Source: a bacterium
GTDB taxonomy: Bacteria; UBA8248; JACPRG01; G963555815
Direction of reading: 5' to 3'
Assembly (NCBI GenBank): GCA_965218795.1
Contig: OZ244653.1
Location: 4,768,001-4,832,000, forward strand
Length of the DNA stretch: 64,000 nt
The notes beneath the pieces were generated by a model. It did no database searches, was not told where the DNA came from, and was given only the letters and a program-made list of their open reading frames with translations. The first letter of the stretch is position 1; each line of letters begins with the position of its first letter. The translations under genes and the position numbers were made by a program. Below, piece by piece: positions 49,876 to 59,797 of this stretch.

Positions 49876-50912
49876 CCGATATTCGGGGACAGGATCGGGC
49901 CGTTTCCACCCTTGGAGGAGATATCGCCGCGGGTAGAATGGCCCATGCGTATCTATTCGTCGGCCCTGAGAGCATAGGGAAATTCACGACTGCGTCGGCG
50001 GTTGCGAGTGTGCTTCTGTGTGAGAGGAAGGGGGTAGAACCGGGAGAGAAAGACGCTTGCGGAGTCTGTGCTGCTTGTGGAAAGGTAGAAGCAGGAACCC
50101 ACCCCGACTTCATGGTCATCCGTCGGGATGGCCAGTTCATCAAGATCGGGGAGTTCGAGGCCGACCGGAAACGTGAAGATCCCCCGCAAATCCGGGAACT
50201 GATTGCTGCGGCCAACCGAAAGCCTTACGAGGGGCCGGTCAAGGTGTTTGTGGTGGATGAAGCCCACCGGATGAATCCCTCTGCGGCCAATGCGCTCCTG
50301 AAGACACTTGAAGAGCCCCCCGGGGGTACGGTGGTCATCCTGACGGCCACCACGTCGGGTTCCCTTCCCCGGACCATCGTCTCCCGTAGTCGTGTAGTTC
50401 GGTTCCAGACTCTTCAGCGGCGGCAATTGGAGACGGAGATCCGACGGGTCCGAGGATTGGAAGAAGATGAAGCGCGATTGCTGGCCGCGTTTTCGGCGGG
50501 TCGGATGGACCTGGCGCTTACAGGTGATCCGGAAGAGATAGTCGATAGACTGGATCGGGCTCTTGCGTTGCTGGAGGCGGGAATAACGGGCGGAACGGAG
50601 GAGATTCTCAAGATCGTCGCAGGCGTCGGCCGGCCTTCCGAGGAGGCGGAGGCCCTGTTGGAGGTGCTTCGGTTCATTCTTCGCGATGCGATTTTGCTTC
50701 GCAGCAATGTGAGCGGCGAATACCTGATGCATGAGGGGCTGAATGAGAAACTGAGTCACCTGATTCAGGCTTGCCCGTTGAAAACGTTGGAGCATATGTT
50801 TCAGCGGGCGGGGGCGTTGCTTCAAGATATTCGAGTTCGAAACGTGAATCCTCAACTGGGATGGGAATCTCTCTTGCTTGATTCCCGTTCGATGGCGACT
50901 GCCGGAGGATGA
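49866..50912 (+). CDS. holB: DNA polymerase III delta-prime
   Basis: HAYLF.GP, CG.C..C, HPD and AANALLKTLEEP. Confidence 0.92.
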   Translation: MRLADIRGQDRAVSTLGGDIAAGRMAHAYLFVGPESIGKFTTASAVASVLLCERKGVEPGEKDACGVCAACGKVEAGTHPDFMVIRRDGQFIKIGEFEADRKREDPPQIRELIAAANRKPYEGPVKVFVVDEAHRMNPSAANALLKTLEEPPGGTVVILTATTSGSLPRTIVSRSRVVRFQTLQRRQLETEIRRVRGLEEDEARLLAAFSAGRMDLALTGDPEEIVDRLDRALALLEAGITGGTEEILKIVAGVGRPSEEAEALLEVLRFILRDAILLRSNVSGEYLMHEGLNEKLSHLIQACPLKTLEHMFQRAGALLQDIRVRNVNPQLGWESLLLDSRSMATAGG

Positions 50913-50916
50913 ACCC

Positions 50917-51726
50917 TTGAAGGTCAGAGTCGTAGGACTCAATTTTCGAAGGAACCATCGGGCGGCCCGATACAATGCCTGTGGGATACCCCTTCGTCTG
51001 GGCGATTACTGCATCGTAGAAACTGATCACGGGATCGAGGTTGGCCGGGTGGCCGCCAATCCCATGATCCTCCCGCCGGAGCATGTGAGGGGAAAGTTGC
51101 CAAAGATATTGCGGCGGGCAACGGACAAGGACATTGCCCGCTTCAAAGAGCTGGAAGAAGAAGAAATGGATGCCCGCCGGATGGCGCAGCGTTTCATCCG
51201 GTCCATGGGGCTGACGATGAAGATTTTCCAGGTCGAGTATCATTTTGAGGAGGATTTGGCCACCTTCTACTTCACAGCGCGGGAGAGGGTGGATTTTCGC
51301 CAGTTGGTCCGGAAACTGTCCGACGAGTTGGGGATGCGAGTGGACATGAGGCAGATCGGCGCCCGGGACGAAGCGAGGATGTTGAATGGCTGCGGTTCCT
51401 GCGGGCGGGATCTTTGCATTTCCGGCTGGTTGCCGGAATTCCGCTTGATATCCATCCGAATGGCCAAAGTACAGGATCTTGCTTTGAATCCATCGAAGCT
51501 TTCCGGGATGTGCGGAAAATTGAAATGCTGCCTTTCTTATGAATTCAAGGAATATGAAGGGGTGGCCAAGAGGATGCCGAAGGTCGGCAAGCGGGTCGCC
51601 GGATGTGCCGGTTGCAGTGGCTGTGTCACCAAGAGGAACACCCTGGAGGAGACCTTCGTCATCCTGACCGAAGATGGCCAGAGGGTAACGGCAACCCTTC
51701 AGGATTATGAGGAAAGCAGGAAATAG
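50917..51726 (+). CDS. PSP1-domain protein (RicT/YaaT family)
   Basis: FYFTARERVDFRQLV, RQIGARDEA, CGRDLC and SGMCGKLKCCL.YE; TTG start with GGAGG RBS. Confidence 0.9.
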   Translation: MKVRVVGLNFRRNHRAARYNACGIPLRLGDYCIVETDHGIEVGRVAANPMILPPEHVRGKLPKILRRATDKDIARFKELEEEEMDARRMAQRFIRSMGLTMKIFQVEYHFEEDLATFYFTARERVDFRQLVRKLSDELGMRVDMRQIGARDEARMLNGCGSCGRDLCISGWLPEFRLISIRMAKVQDLALNPSKLSGMCGKLKCCLSYEFKEYEGVAKRMPKVGKRVAGCAGCSGCVTKRNTLEETFVILTEDGQRVTATLQDYEESRK

Positions 51727-51910
51727 GCGGCGGTGGGTCTCCCATGTGAAGGCCTCGATGCACCGTGGACTCGCGCGGCGTTTCCAATGGCCGTGCAATG
51801 GATGTTCCAGGTTTCCCGGATCTTGTCAAGACAAAGCATTCCGTCTGAATTCGCCAGGGGATGACCTCTTGGAACTTGTATGGCCTCTGCAGATTTTCCC
51901 CGGATGACTC

Positions 51911-53902
51911 ATGACTGACACCTATTACATCACAACGCCGATTTATTATGTGAATGATGTGCCCCACATCGGGCATGCCTACACGACGATTGCCGCGGAT
52001 ACACTGGCTCGGTTTCAGCGTTTGGCCGGAAAACGGGTTTTCTTCCTGACCGGGACGGATGAACACGGCCAAAAGGTGGAACGCGCTGCGCGGGAGCAAG
52101 GTCTGACTCCCCAGGCGTTGGCCGACCGGGTCGTCGAGCGCTATCACCACCTGTGGGAAAGGCTCCGGATCGAGCCGGATGATTTCATTCGGACGACGGA
52201 AGCCCGCCACAAGATCGGCGTGGAAGCTCTCTTTCGCCGTGTCTGGGAAAAGGGCGATATCTATCTGGATGAATACGAGGGCTGGTACTGCACATCGGAT
52301 GAGTCGTTCTGGACGGAGATCCAGTTGGTGGACGGGAGATGTCCGGAATGCGGAAGAGCCGTCGAGCGTGTGCGGGAGTCAAGCTATTTCTTTCGGATGT
52401 CCAAATACCAGGAGCCGCTTCTCCAGCATCTCGAGGAACACCCGAAGTTCGTTCTCCCCGAAACCCGTCGGAACGAGATCGTCAGTTTCGTGAAGGGAGG
52501 CCTGCGAGATCTCAGCATCAGCCGAACCAGCTTCGAATGGGGTATCCCGGTTCCGAACGATCCGAGTCATGTTCTTTATGTGTGGTTCGATGCCCTCACG
52601 AATTACATCTCCGCCCTGGGTTTTGGACAGGAAGGCGGGGAAGAAAACCACCGGACGTTTTGGCCGGTCAATGTTCATCTGATAGGGAAGGATATCCTGA
52701 GGTTTCATGCGGTGTATTGGCCGACGTTTCTGATGTCCGCTGAACTACCTCTACCCGAGTGTGTCTTTGCGCACGGGTGGTGGACGGTCGAGGGCCGGAA
52801 AATGTCCAAGTCTCTCCGCAACGTTGTCGAACCCAATCGGTTGCTGGATCAATACGGCACCGACGCCGTTCGATACTTCCTGTTGAGAGAAATACCTTTC
52901 GGGCAGGACGGAGACTTCTCGCATGAGGCTTTGATTGATCGGATGAACAGCGACCTGGCGAACGATTTCGGCAACCTCTTGCATCGGACGATCGGGATGA
53001 TCGACAGGTTCTGTGATGGGAAGCTCCCGCCGTGTTCCGAGCCGGGAGCACTGGAGCGGGAGATACGGGATGCGGCCGGAGCAACGACGGATGCGCTGAT
53101 CCGCGACCTTGAGTCGTTCGAATTCCATCCGGCCCTGAAATCAATCTGGGATTTCATCGGTCGGGTGAACAAATATCTGGATGAACGCGCGCCCTGGGCA
53201 TCCGCGAAGGCGGGTCAAAATGCAGACGTCCAGACAACGCTCCACACGGCGGCGGAAGCCCTCCAGGCCTTGTCGGTCTGGCTGTGGCCTTTCATGCCTG
53301 AGAGCGCGATGAAGGTTCGCTCCACCTTGGGGTTGCCGGAAGGCCACCCGCCGCGGTCCCTGGATGAAGGCCGCCGGTGGGGCCTCCTGCCCGTGGGAGA
53401 GTCCGTCAAGCTCGGCGCCCCGCTTTTCCCCCGTATCGAGGCGGATCAGGCGGAGGAAATCAAGAAGTCGGTTGTTCGAGAGATATCGGTTGACGAAGGG
53501 ACGGAACCTGCCAAGCTGAAAATCGCCGGCGGGAACGGCACAATATCCGCTCCTTCCCGCCCGGAGACGGAAGGAGAGGCGATGATCGACTATGAAGCCT
53601 TCTCGAACGTATCATTGCGGGTCGCTACCATTGTCTCGGCCGAGAAGGTGGAGAAATCCAGAAACCTGCTGAAGCTGAGAGTGGATTTGGGAAGCGAGGA
53701 GCGAACGGTTGTGGCCGGCATCGCCGGGAGTTACCGGCCGGAGGAATTGCCGGGTAAATCTGTGGTCGTCGTTGCGAACTTGAGGCCGCGAAAATTGATG
53801 GGGATCGAGTCGCAGGGAATGATCCTGGCCGCCCGGGAGGATGAGGAGTTGACGCTCGTCACGGTGGATCGGCCCATCTCCCCGGGGAGTTCGGTCCAGT
53901 AG
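51911..53902 (+). CDS. metG: Methionyl-tRNA synthetase
   Basis: HIGH, TGTDEHG, YVWFDAL, KMSKS and a C-terminal tRNA-binding domain. Confidence 0.97.
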   Translation: MTDTYYITTPIYYVNDVPHIGHAYTTIAADTLARFQRLAGKRVFFLTGTDEHGQKVERAAREQGLTPQALADRVVERYHHLWERLRIEPDDFIRTTEARHKIGVEALFRRVWEKGDIYLDEYEGWYCTSDESFWTEIQLVDGRCPECGRAVERVRESSYFFRMSKYQEPLLQHLEEHPKFVLPETRRNEIVSFVKGGLRDLSISRTSFEWGIPVPNDPSHVLYVWFDALTNYISALGFGQEGGEENHRTFWPVNVHLIGKDILRFHAVYWPTFLMSAELPLPECVFAHGWWTVEGRKMSKSLRNVVEPNRLLDQYGTDAVRYFLLREIPFGQDGDFSHEALIDRMNSDLANDFGNLLHRTIGMIDRFCDGKLPPCSEPGALEREIRDAAGATTDALIRDLESFEFHPALKSIWDFIGRVNKYLDERAPWASAKAGQNADVQTTLHTAAEALQALSVWLWPFMPESAMKVRSTLGLPEGHPPRSLDEGRRWGLLPVGESVKLGAPLFPRIEADQAEEIKKSVVREISVDEGTEPAKLKIAGGNGTISAPSRPETEGEAMIDYEAFSNVSLRVATIVSAEKVEKSRNLLKLRVDLGSEERTVVAGIAGSYRPEELPGKSVVVVANLRPRKLMGIESQGMILAAREDEELTLVTVDRPISPGSSVQ

Positions 53903-53968
53903 GCGGTTGGACAACGAAGGCCCGGGAGCCGCCGACCCCTTCGAAATCGCGCGAAAGGAACCCTTCGG

Positions 53969-55372
53969 GTGGAAGAATCAGATGACATCAGCTGGGTGGA
54001 TACCCACTGTCATTTGGAAGATCCCCAGTTCGACAATGACAGGCGGGCGGTTCTTCAGCGTGCCGAACAATCCGGGGTTCGGTTTGTCATCACCTTGGGT
54101 TCCGACATCCTCAGCAGTCGAAAAGCCTTGGAACTGGCGCAGACTCACGATGCGGTTTTCGCGGGGGTAGGCATCCATCCGCATGAAGCGAAGAAGGCGG
54201 GAAAGCGAACCTATGCGACGCTGACCAAACTCTCCAAGGAGCCCAAGGTTGTCGCCATCGGCGAAGTCGGGCTCGACTTCTATCGCGATCACTCGCCGCG
54301 GGAGCAGCAAGAAGAGGTGTTCCGGAATCAAATTCGGTTGGCGAAAAAGGTCGAACGCCCTCTGGTCCTTCATGAGCGGGAGTCACACGATGACATGATC
54401 CGTATTCTCAAGGAAGAGCGCGCCTGGGAGGTTCGGGGTGTGATCCATTGCTTCACGGGCGGCCCCCGCGAAGTCGAAGATTACCTCGACTTGGATTTTT
54501 TCGTTTCCCTGGCCGGTCCGGTGACTTTCCCGAAGTCGGCCTCGCTCCAGGAGACGGTGAAACGGATCCCGCTGGAGCGCTTGATGATTGAAACGGATTC
54601 TCCTTACCTCACTCCGGCCCCATTCCGCGGAAAGCGACCCAATGAACCCGCCATGGTCGTTTCGGTGGCGAACAAGGTTGCCGAGTTACTGGAATTGCCG
54701 CTGGAAGACTTGGCTCGGATCACGAACTACAATGCCCACGCCATGTTTGGAATTCCGTCCGTTAATTCCAACCCGCAAATGGTCTACAAGCTGCGCGGCG
54801 GCGTGCATGTCAACCTCACCTATACCTGTACCAACCACTGTTTCTATTGCCCTGGATTTTCTTCGGATTATCATTTCGGGCATAACCTGAAGCTGGAGCG
54901 GGATCCGCTTGCCGACGAAGTGTGGACGTCGCTGGAGTCCAAGGGTGAGGTGAACGGCGTGGTGACGTTTAGCGGCTACGGGGAACCCTGTCTTCGGCTG
55001 GACGTCCTCCTTGAGCTTGCCAAGCGGATCAAGGACGCCGGGGGGGTGGTACGCGTTCTGACCAATGGTCAGGGAAATTTGATTCACGGTCGGAATATCG
55101 TGCCGGACCTTGCAGGTCTCGTCGATCAGATCCGCATTTCCCTTCACGCGGAGTCTTCGGAAAAGTACGTGAAGGTTGCCGCCCCCCAGTCAGGGGAGGA
55201 GGCCTTTCAAAGTGTTCTGGCGTTTATCCGTGAAGCCAATCAGAGCATCCCCGATGTCGAGGTTGTCATCCCGAATCGGCCCATGATGATAGACGTGGAT
55301 AGATTGGAGAAACTGGTGGCCGACGACCTGGGGGTTCGAACTGTCCGACACGATTTCGCCGTCTACTCCTAA
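53969..55372 (+). CDS. tatD: TatD DNase fused to a radical-SAM domain
   Basis: DTHCH, GIHPH, GEVGLD, HCF and ETDSP, then NLTYTCTNHCFYC, FSGYGEP and TNGQG. Confidence 0.9.
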   Translation: MEESDDISWVDTHCHLEDPQFDNDRRAVLQRAEQSGVRFVITLGSDILSSRKALELAQTHDAVFAGVGIHPHEAKKAGKRTYATLTKLSKEPKVVAIGEVGLDFYRDHSPREQQEEVFRNQIRLAKKVERPLVLHERESHDDMIRILKEERAWEVRGVIHCFTGGPREVEDYLDLDFFVSLAGPVTFPKSASLQETVKRIPLERLMIETDSPYLTPAPFRGKRPNEPAMVVSVANKVAELLELPLEDLARITNYNAHAMFGIPSVNSNPQMVYKLRGGVHVNLTYTCTNHCFYCPGFSSDYHFGHNLKLERDPLADEVWTSLESKGEVNGVVTFSGYGEPCLRLDVLLELAKRIKDAGGVVRVLTNGQGNLIHGRNIVPDLAGLVDQIRISLHAESSEKYVKVAAPQSGEEAFQSVLAFIREANQSIPDVEVVIPNRPMMIDVDRLEKLVADDLGVRTVRHDFAVYS

Positions 55373-55427
55373 ATCCGCACAACCCGAAGATCGGACCGGT
55401 CCAATCGACTCTCAGCTCCTTCCGGGT

Positions 55428-56288
55428 CTAATTCTTGCCCGCGTCTTCGATTCGAATCCTCTCAATGGACAGAGCGCGGCCCGATTCCCGGTCCGCGGTG
55501 ATAAGAACCGCGTTGAGTTGACCCGGGCCGGACGCCGGTTCGAATTTCTGGGGAAGTCCCGTTAAAAAGCGCTGTATGGCCGGCTCCCGCTTGACGCCGA
55601 TGACGGAGACCCAGGGTCCCGTCATGCCCACATCGGTCATGTAGGCGGTCCCCTCCGGCAGGATCCGTTCGTCCGATGTCTGTACGTGAGTATGGGTCCC
55701 GAGGACTGCGGATACCTGGCCGTCCAGAAACCATCCCATGGCGATCTTTTCGGAAGTGGCTTCGGCGTGCATATCCACAAGAATGACAGGCGTCTCCCGA
55801 CGGAGCTGATCGACATGGTGCGAGGCTGAGCGGAACGGGCATTCCAGGCTGATCGGGATAAACACCCGACCCATCAAATTGAGCACACCGACCCGCAACT
55901 GATTGGACACCTCATAGACGTAAGAACCCCAGCCCGGCGTTCCGGCGGGGTAATTGGCCGGCCGCAAAATGCGAGGCTCATGTGGAATGATGTCGTAGAT
56001 TTCGCGCTTGTTCCAGATGTGGTTTCCGGAGGTCAGGACCTGAACCCCCATGTCGAATAGATCGTCGGCCACCTCTCGGGTTATTCCCACGCCGCCCGCA
56101 GCGTTTTCTCCATTGGCGACACAGAGATCCACCTGGTGGTCCTTCAGGAGCGTGGGTAAGTGCTCCCTCAGGATCCGCCGGCCCGGCTTCCCCACAATAT
56201 CCGAGACAAAAAGAATCGTTGCTCGGGCGGACCGATCGTGCGTCGATTCCCCGGGCAAAGACGTTTGCGAAGACGAGGCGTCAGCCAA
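55428..56288 (-). CDS. YmdB/TIGR00282 metallophosphoesterase
   Basis: DIVGKPG, NGEN, SGNH, RPANYP, HAEATSEK, GTHTH and DVGMTG. Confidence 0.93.
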   Translation of the reverse strand: MADASSSQTSLPGESTHDRSARATILFVSDIVGKPGRRILREHLPTLLKDHQVDLCVANGENAAGGVGITREVADDLFDMGVQVLTSGNHIWNKREIYDIIPHEPRILRPANYPAGTPGWGSYVYEVSNQLRVGVLNLMGRVFIPISLECPFRSASHHVDQLRRETPVILVDMHAEATSEKIAMGWFLDGQVSAVLGTHTHVQTSDERILPEGTAYMTDVGMTGPWVSVIGVKREPAIQRFLTGLPQKFEPASGPGQLNAVLITADRESGRALSIERIRIEDAGKN

Positions 56289-56299
56289 TCAGGACCCCC

Positions 56300-57883
56300 T
56301 TATGTGGCGAGCTCGACCGATCGGGTCTCGCGGATCACGGTGACTTTGATCTCTCCCGGGTAGGTGAGCTCCTCTTCGATCCTTTTGGCGATGTCCTTTG
56401 CCAGGAAGATCGCTTCCGATTCATTGACAGTGGAGGGTTCGACAATCACACGGATTTCTCTTCCCGCCTGGATGGCGTAGGTTTTCTCGACGCCCTTGAA
56501 AGAGTCGCCGATCTTTTCGAGTTGTTCCAGACGCTTGACGTGGGATTCCAAGGTCTCTCGACGAGCGCCCGGACGCGCTGCTGAGAGAGCGTCCGCCGCG
56601 CAAACCGCAATCGACTCGATGCTGGTGGGCTCTTCTTCCTCGTGATGGGCCGCAATAGCGTTCAGAACAACCGGGGATTCCTGATACCGGCGGGCCACCT
56701 CGATACCGATCTGAACGTGAGAACCTTCCAACTCGTGGTCCAGAGCTTTACCGATATCGTGGAGCAATCCGGCCCGCTTGGCCAGCTTGACGTCGCCGCC
56801 GAGTTCCGCGGCCACGAGCCCACTCAGATGGGCCACTTCTTTGGAATGCATCAGGACGTTTTGGCTGTAACTGGTCCTGTAATTCAACCGCCCCAGGAGG
56901 CGGAGGATTTCCGGATTGAGCGCATCCACCCCCATCTCCATCGCGGTCTGCTGCCCAATCTCTCGAATATGCTTATCCATCTCGGTCTTGACCTTGACGA
57001 CGACATCTTCAATGCGTTTGGGATGGATTCGTCCGTCGGATACCAGCCGTTCGAGTGCCCGCTTTGCGATCTCACGCTTGATCGGATCAAAGCCTGAGAT
57101 GATGACCGCTTCGGGAGTGTCGTCGATAATGAGATCTACGCCCGTAGCCATCTCCATCGCTCGGATGTTGCGGCCTTCGCGCCCAATGATTCTGCCCTTC
57201 ATTTCGTCGTTCGGGAGATTCACGACCGAAAGCGTGCTCTCCGACACATGGTCCGCCGCATAACGTTGAATGGCGATTCCGATGATGCGATTGGCTTTCT
57301 GTTCCGCGTTCTCCCGCGCTTCCTCCTCGATTCGACGAACTTGATGAGCGCATTCATGGCGGGCCTCCTCGATCATTTGATCCATGAGGGTCTTCTTGGC
57401 CTCTGCAACCGTCAATCCGGAAACTTGTTCGAGCGCCCGGGTTTGCTCTAGACGAAGCCGGTCCACTTCTTCCAAATGCGCATTGAGTTTTGTGTTCTTC
57501 TCTACGGCTTGTTCCAGTTGGTTTTCTACCTGCCGTTCTCGCTTCTCGACCGTTTCACGTTTGCCTTCGAGCGCCTCTTCCCGCTGGATGAGCCGGCGCT
57601 CTTGGGATTGGATCTCCTGTCTCCGTTCCCTGATTTCTTCTTCCAGTTCCCGGCTGACGCGCAACCGCTCCTCTTTGGCCTCCAGTTCCGCCTGGCGACG
57701 GGTGTTCTCCGCCTCTCGAGCGGTTTCGATCTGGATCCGAGAGGCCTGTTCCTCAGCTTCCTTGAGCTTGGCTTGGACGGATACCCGGCGAAGCAGGAAC
57801 CCGATGACGCCGCCTGCAACCAATATCAGCGCCATCAGGCCCAAGCCTGCGGGATTCATCCAAATGGCCATCCATTCCGACAC
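56300..57883 (-). CDS. rny: Ribonuclease Y
   Basis: N-terminal TM, coiled coil, KH ([13 protein letters not shown]) and HD (LLHDIGK) domains. Confidence 0.96.
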   Translation of the reverse strand: MSEWMAIWMNPAGLGLMALILVAGGVIGFLLRRVSVQAKLKEAEEQASRIQIETAREAENTRRQAELEAKEERLRVSRELEEEIRERRQEIQSQERRLIQREEALEGKRETVEKRERQVENQLEQAVEKNTKLNAHLEEVDRLRLEQTRALEQVSGLTVAEAKKTLMDQMIEEARHECAHQVRRIEEEARENAEQKANRIIGIAIQRYAADHVSESTLSVVNLPNDEMKGRIIGREGRNIRAMEMATGVDLIIDDTPEAVIISGFDPIKREIAKRALERLVSDGRIHPKRIEDVVVKVKTEMDKHIREIGQQTAMEMGVDALNPEILRLLGRLNYRTSYSQNVLMHSKEVAHLSGLVAAELGGDVKLAKRAGLLHDIGKALDHELEGSHVQIGIEVARRYQESPVVLNAIAAHHEEEEPTSIESIAVCAADALSAARPGARRETLESHVKRLEQLEKIGDSFKGVEKTYAIQAGREIRVIVEPSTVNESEAIFLAKDIAKRIEEELTYPGEIKVTVIRETRSVELAT

Positions 57884-57905
57884 GGCGATTCACCTCCTCG
57901 GTGAT

Positions 57906-58616
57906 TCAGCGTTTTACACTACGAGAATGACTCGACGATGGTCCTGTATGACAGCGAATGACACCATTCTCGGTGACCACCCGGTGCATGGGAACGTCCC
58001 AAGGGTCACTGGGCAGTAGATCGACGACCTGCAATGAAAACGCGAGCGCGATCCGAGGGGCTTCCGGCCGGGCCGCTCCGAGCAGCTGATCGTAATAGCC
58101 CTTCCCGAACCCGAGTCGAGAGCCGAATCGGTCAAATCCAAGACCAGGGATCACAAAACAGTCCATCTCAGACGGATCGATGGGCTTGAGATCACAAGGT
58201 TGCACGAGGCCAAAGCCGGACCGAACCCACCCCGGACCGGGCTCTTCCCTTCCTGGGGCATTGGACACCTCGGAGAGCATGAGGCCCGCATTGGATTCGG
58301 GAAGCACGACCGGAACCGCCACCTTGTATCCCCGCCCCAACGCCTTGCGCAAAAGGGTCCGGGTCCGGACTTCGTGGCCAAAGTCCACATAACAGGACAT
58401 CCAAACCTCTCGCCGCCCGGGTCGCCGTCTGTCCAGGTCGCGAATGGCCCGCAGACGCCAGAATCTCTCCAGTACGGATTGGCTCAGGCGGTCCACGCTG
58501 CGGGTGGAAAGGCGGTTTCGTCTGGCGAGAAGGGTCTTGCGCAAGCGGCTCTTGGCCGCAACTTCCGGAGTATCAGCTTCCCGAGGCCGAAGGGCGGGTT
58601 GCGAAGAGGCCGTCAC
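57906..58616 (-). CDS. 5-formyltetrahydrofolate cyclo-ligase
   Basis: K..LRK, EV.T, and IPGLGFDR.G.RLGFGKGYYD. Confidence 0.9.
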   Translation of the reverse strand: MTASSQPALRPREADTPEVAAKSRLRKTLLARRNRLSTRSVDRLSQSVLERFWRLRAIRDLDRRRPGRREVWMSCYVDFGHEVRTRTLLRKALGRGYKVAVPVVLPESNAGLMLSEVSNAPGREEPGPGWVRSGFGLVQPCDLKPIDPSEMDCFVIPGLGFDRFGSRLGFGKGYYDQLLGAARPEAPRIALAFSLQVVDLLPSDPWDVPMHRVVTENGVIRCHTGPSSSHSRSVKR

Positions 58617-58984
58617 GCTTTGACTCCTTCTGCGCGACGGAGGGAGGTTCCGAACGGGCGGTGCCTGCGGGCTTCAGGAAGGTCGGTTCGTCCCCTCGTT
58701 TTTCACAAAATGCTTCTTCATGGGGGAGAACAGTTCGCCATTTTTGATGAGAAGCCGTGAGGACGGAGATCCGGACGCCAAGAACTCACAGAAGGCCTGC
58801 CGGATGTCTCACGCCTCGGATCGCATACAAACGACAAAATGGTCAATCGACCTCTAACCAGTAGCATATCCGCCTGGGAGAACGCTTCCACTCCGAGTTT
58901 TCATTTCATACGCAATAATGGTTGCGTATGGGTATCTTCCTTGGGCCCTGTGACAGCCGGATGGCCACACAGGGAAGACAAAAA

Positions 58985-59162
58985 GCCCCTGCCGAAATGC
59001 CGTGCAGGCTCTTTTTTTGAACCTGGCAGAACCAGGTGGGCGCCTCGGAGGGTGCTTCAGGCTCGCTCCGGCTAGGGAGGTGCACACCACACCCATCTCC
59101 CGGCTCCCTTTTCTTGTCTGTTGGCTCAAAAATTTTTTGCCCATCACGCGCATGGCAGGGGA
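58985..59162 (-). ncRNA. ssrS: 6S RNA
   Basis: Canonical position between zapA and the 5-FTHF cyclo-ligase gene. Ends pair (CCCCTGCC...GGCAGGGG), internal GAGCCAAC...GGGAGC and CCCACCTG...CAGGTTC motifs, ~180 nt. Boundaries approximate. Confidence 0.8.
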
Positions 59163-59177
59163 AATCGTTCGTTCCGT

Positions 59178-59465
59178 TCATTCTGCGCTCTCGACCATGG
59201 ACAGCAAATCAGTCGTGCGCTTCTCCATTTCAGATTCCGTTCGTTCCGCCTGGAAGAGCTCGTTCGCGATATTCAGCGCCGCCAATACGGCGACTTTCTG
59301 TGTGTCCACCGCGTTGGATTGCTTGGAAACATTTTGCATCTTCTCATCGACATAGCAGGCCAAGGTGCGGGTATATTCAGGATCCGCTCCGGCCAGCACC
59401 AAATAGGTCTTGCCGAAAATGTCCACCGATACGGTGTTCCTTCCGGCCACCGCGCTTTCTCCCAT
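59178..59465 (-). CDS. zapA: Cell division protein ZapA
   Basis: VDIFGKTY, YVDEKM and AVLAALNIANE. Confidence 0.92.
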   Translation of the reverse strand: MGESAVAGRNTVSVDIFGKTYLVLAGADPEYTRTLACYVDEKMQNVSKQSNAVDTQKVAVLAALNIANELFQAERTESEMEKRTTDLLSMVESAE

Positions 59466-59473
59466 GATTTTCG

Positions 59474-59713
59474 CTAGCTGGCTTTGCTCATGCGGGAAAT
59501 CGCCGACAATATGGACTCGACTTCCCGGCGAACGCCATCGCGCTCTTGTGCGAGCAGATCGTTTGTCCGCCGAAGCTCCTCAGCGGCGCCTTCCCCGCCT
59601 TCTCCCGACGCCGCCGTTTCCAGTTCGGCCAAACGAGCCTTCAATCCTTCCCGCTCGGAAAGCAGCGTCCGAAGCCGTCCTTCCAGCTTTTGCAGGTTCT
59701 CCAGACTTGTCAT
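59474..59713 (-). CDS. ZapB-like coiled-coil protein
   Basis: Short coiled coil ending ERDGVRREVESIL, directly upstream of zapA. Confidence 0.7.
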   Translation of the reverse strand: MTSLENLQKLEGRLRTLLSEREGLKARLAELETAASGEGGEGAAEELRRTNDLLAQERDGVRREVESILSAISRMSKAS

Positions 59714-59797
59714 CGTCCACCTTCTCTTCAGAGTTAGCCTCTCTCGTATATTACGCCAATGCGGCTCTCCAAAAAAGCTTTTTTCCTTCCGCAGGCA

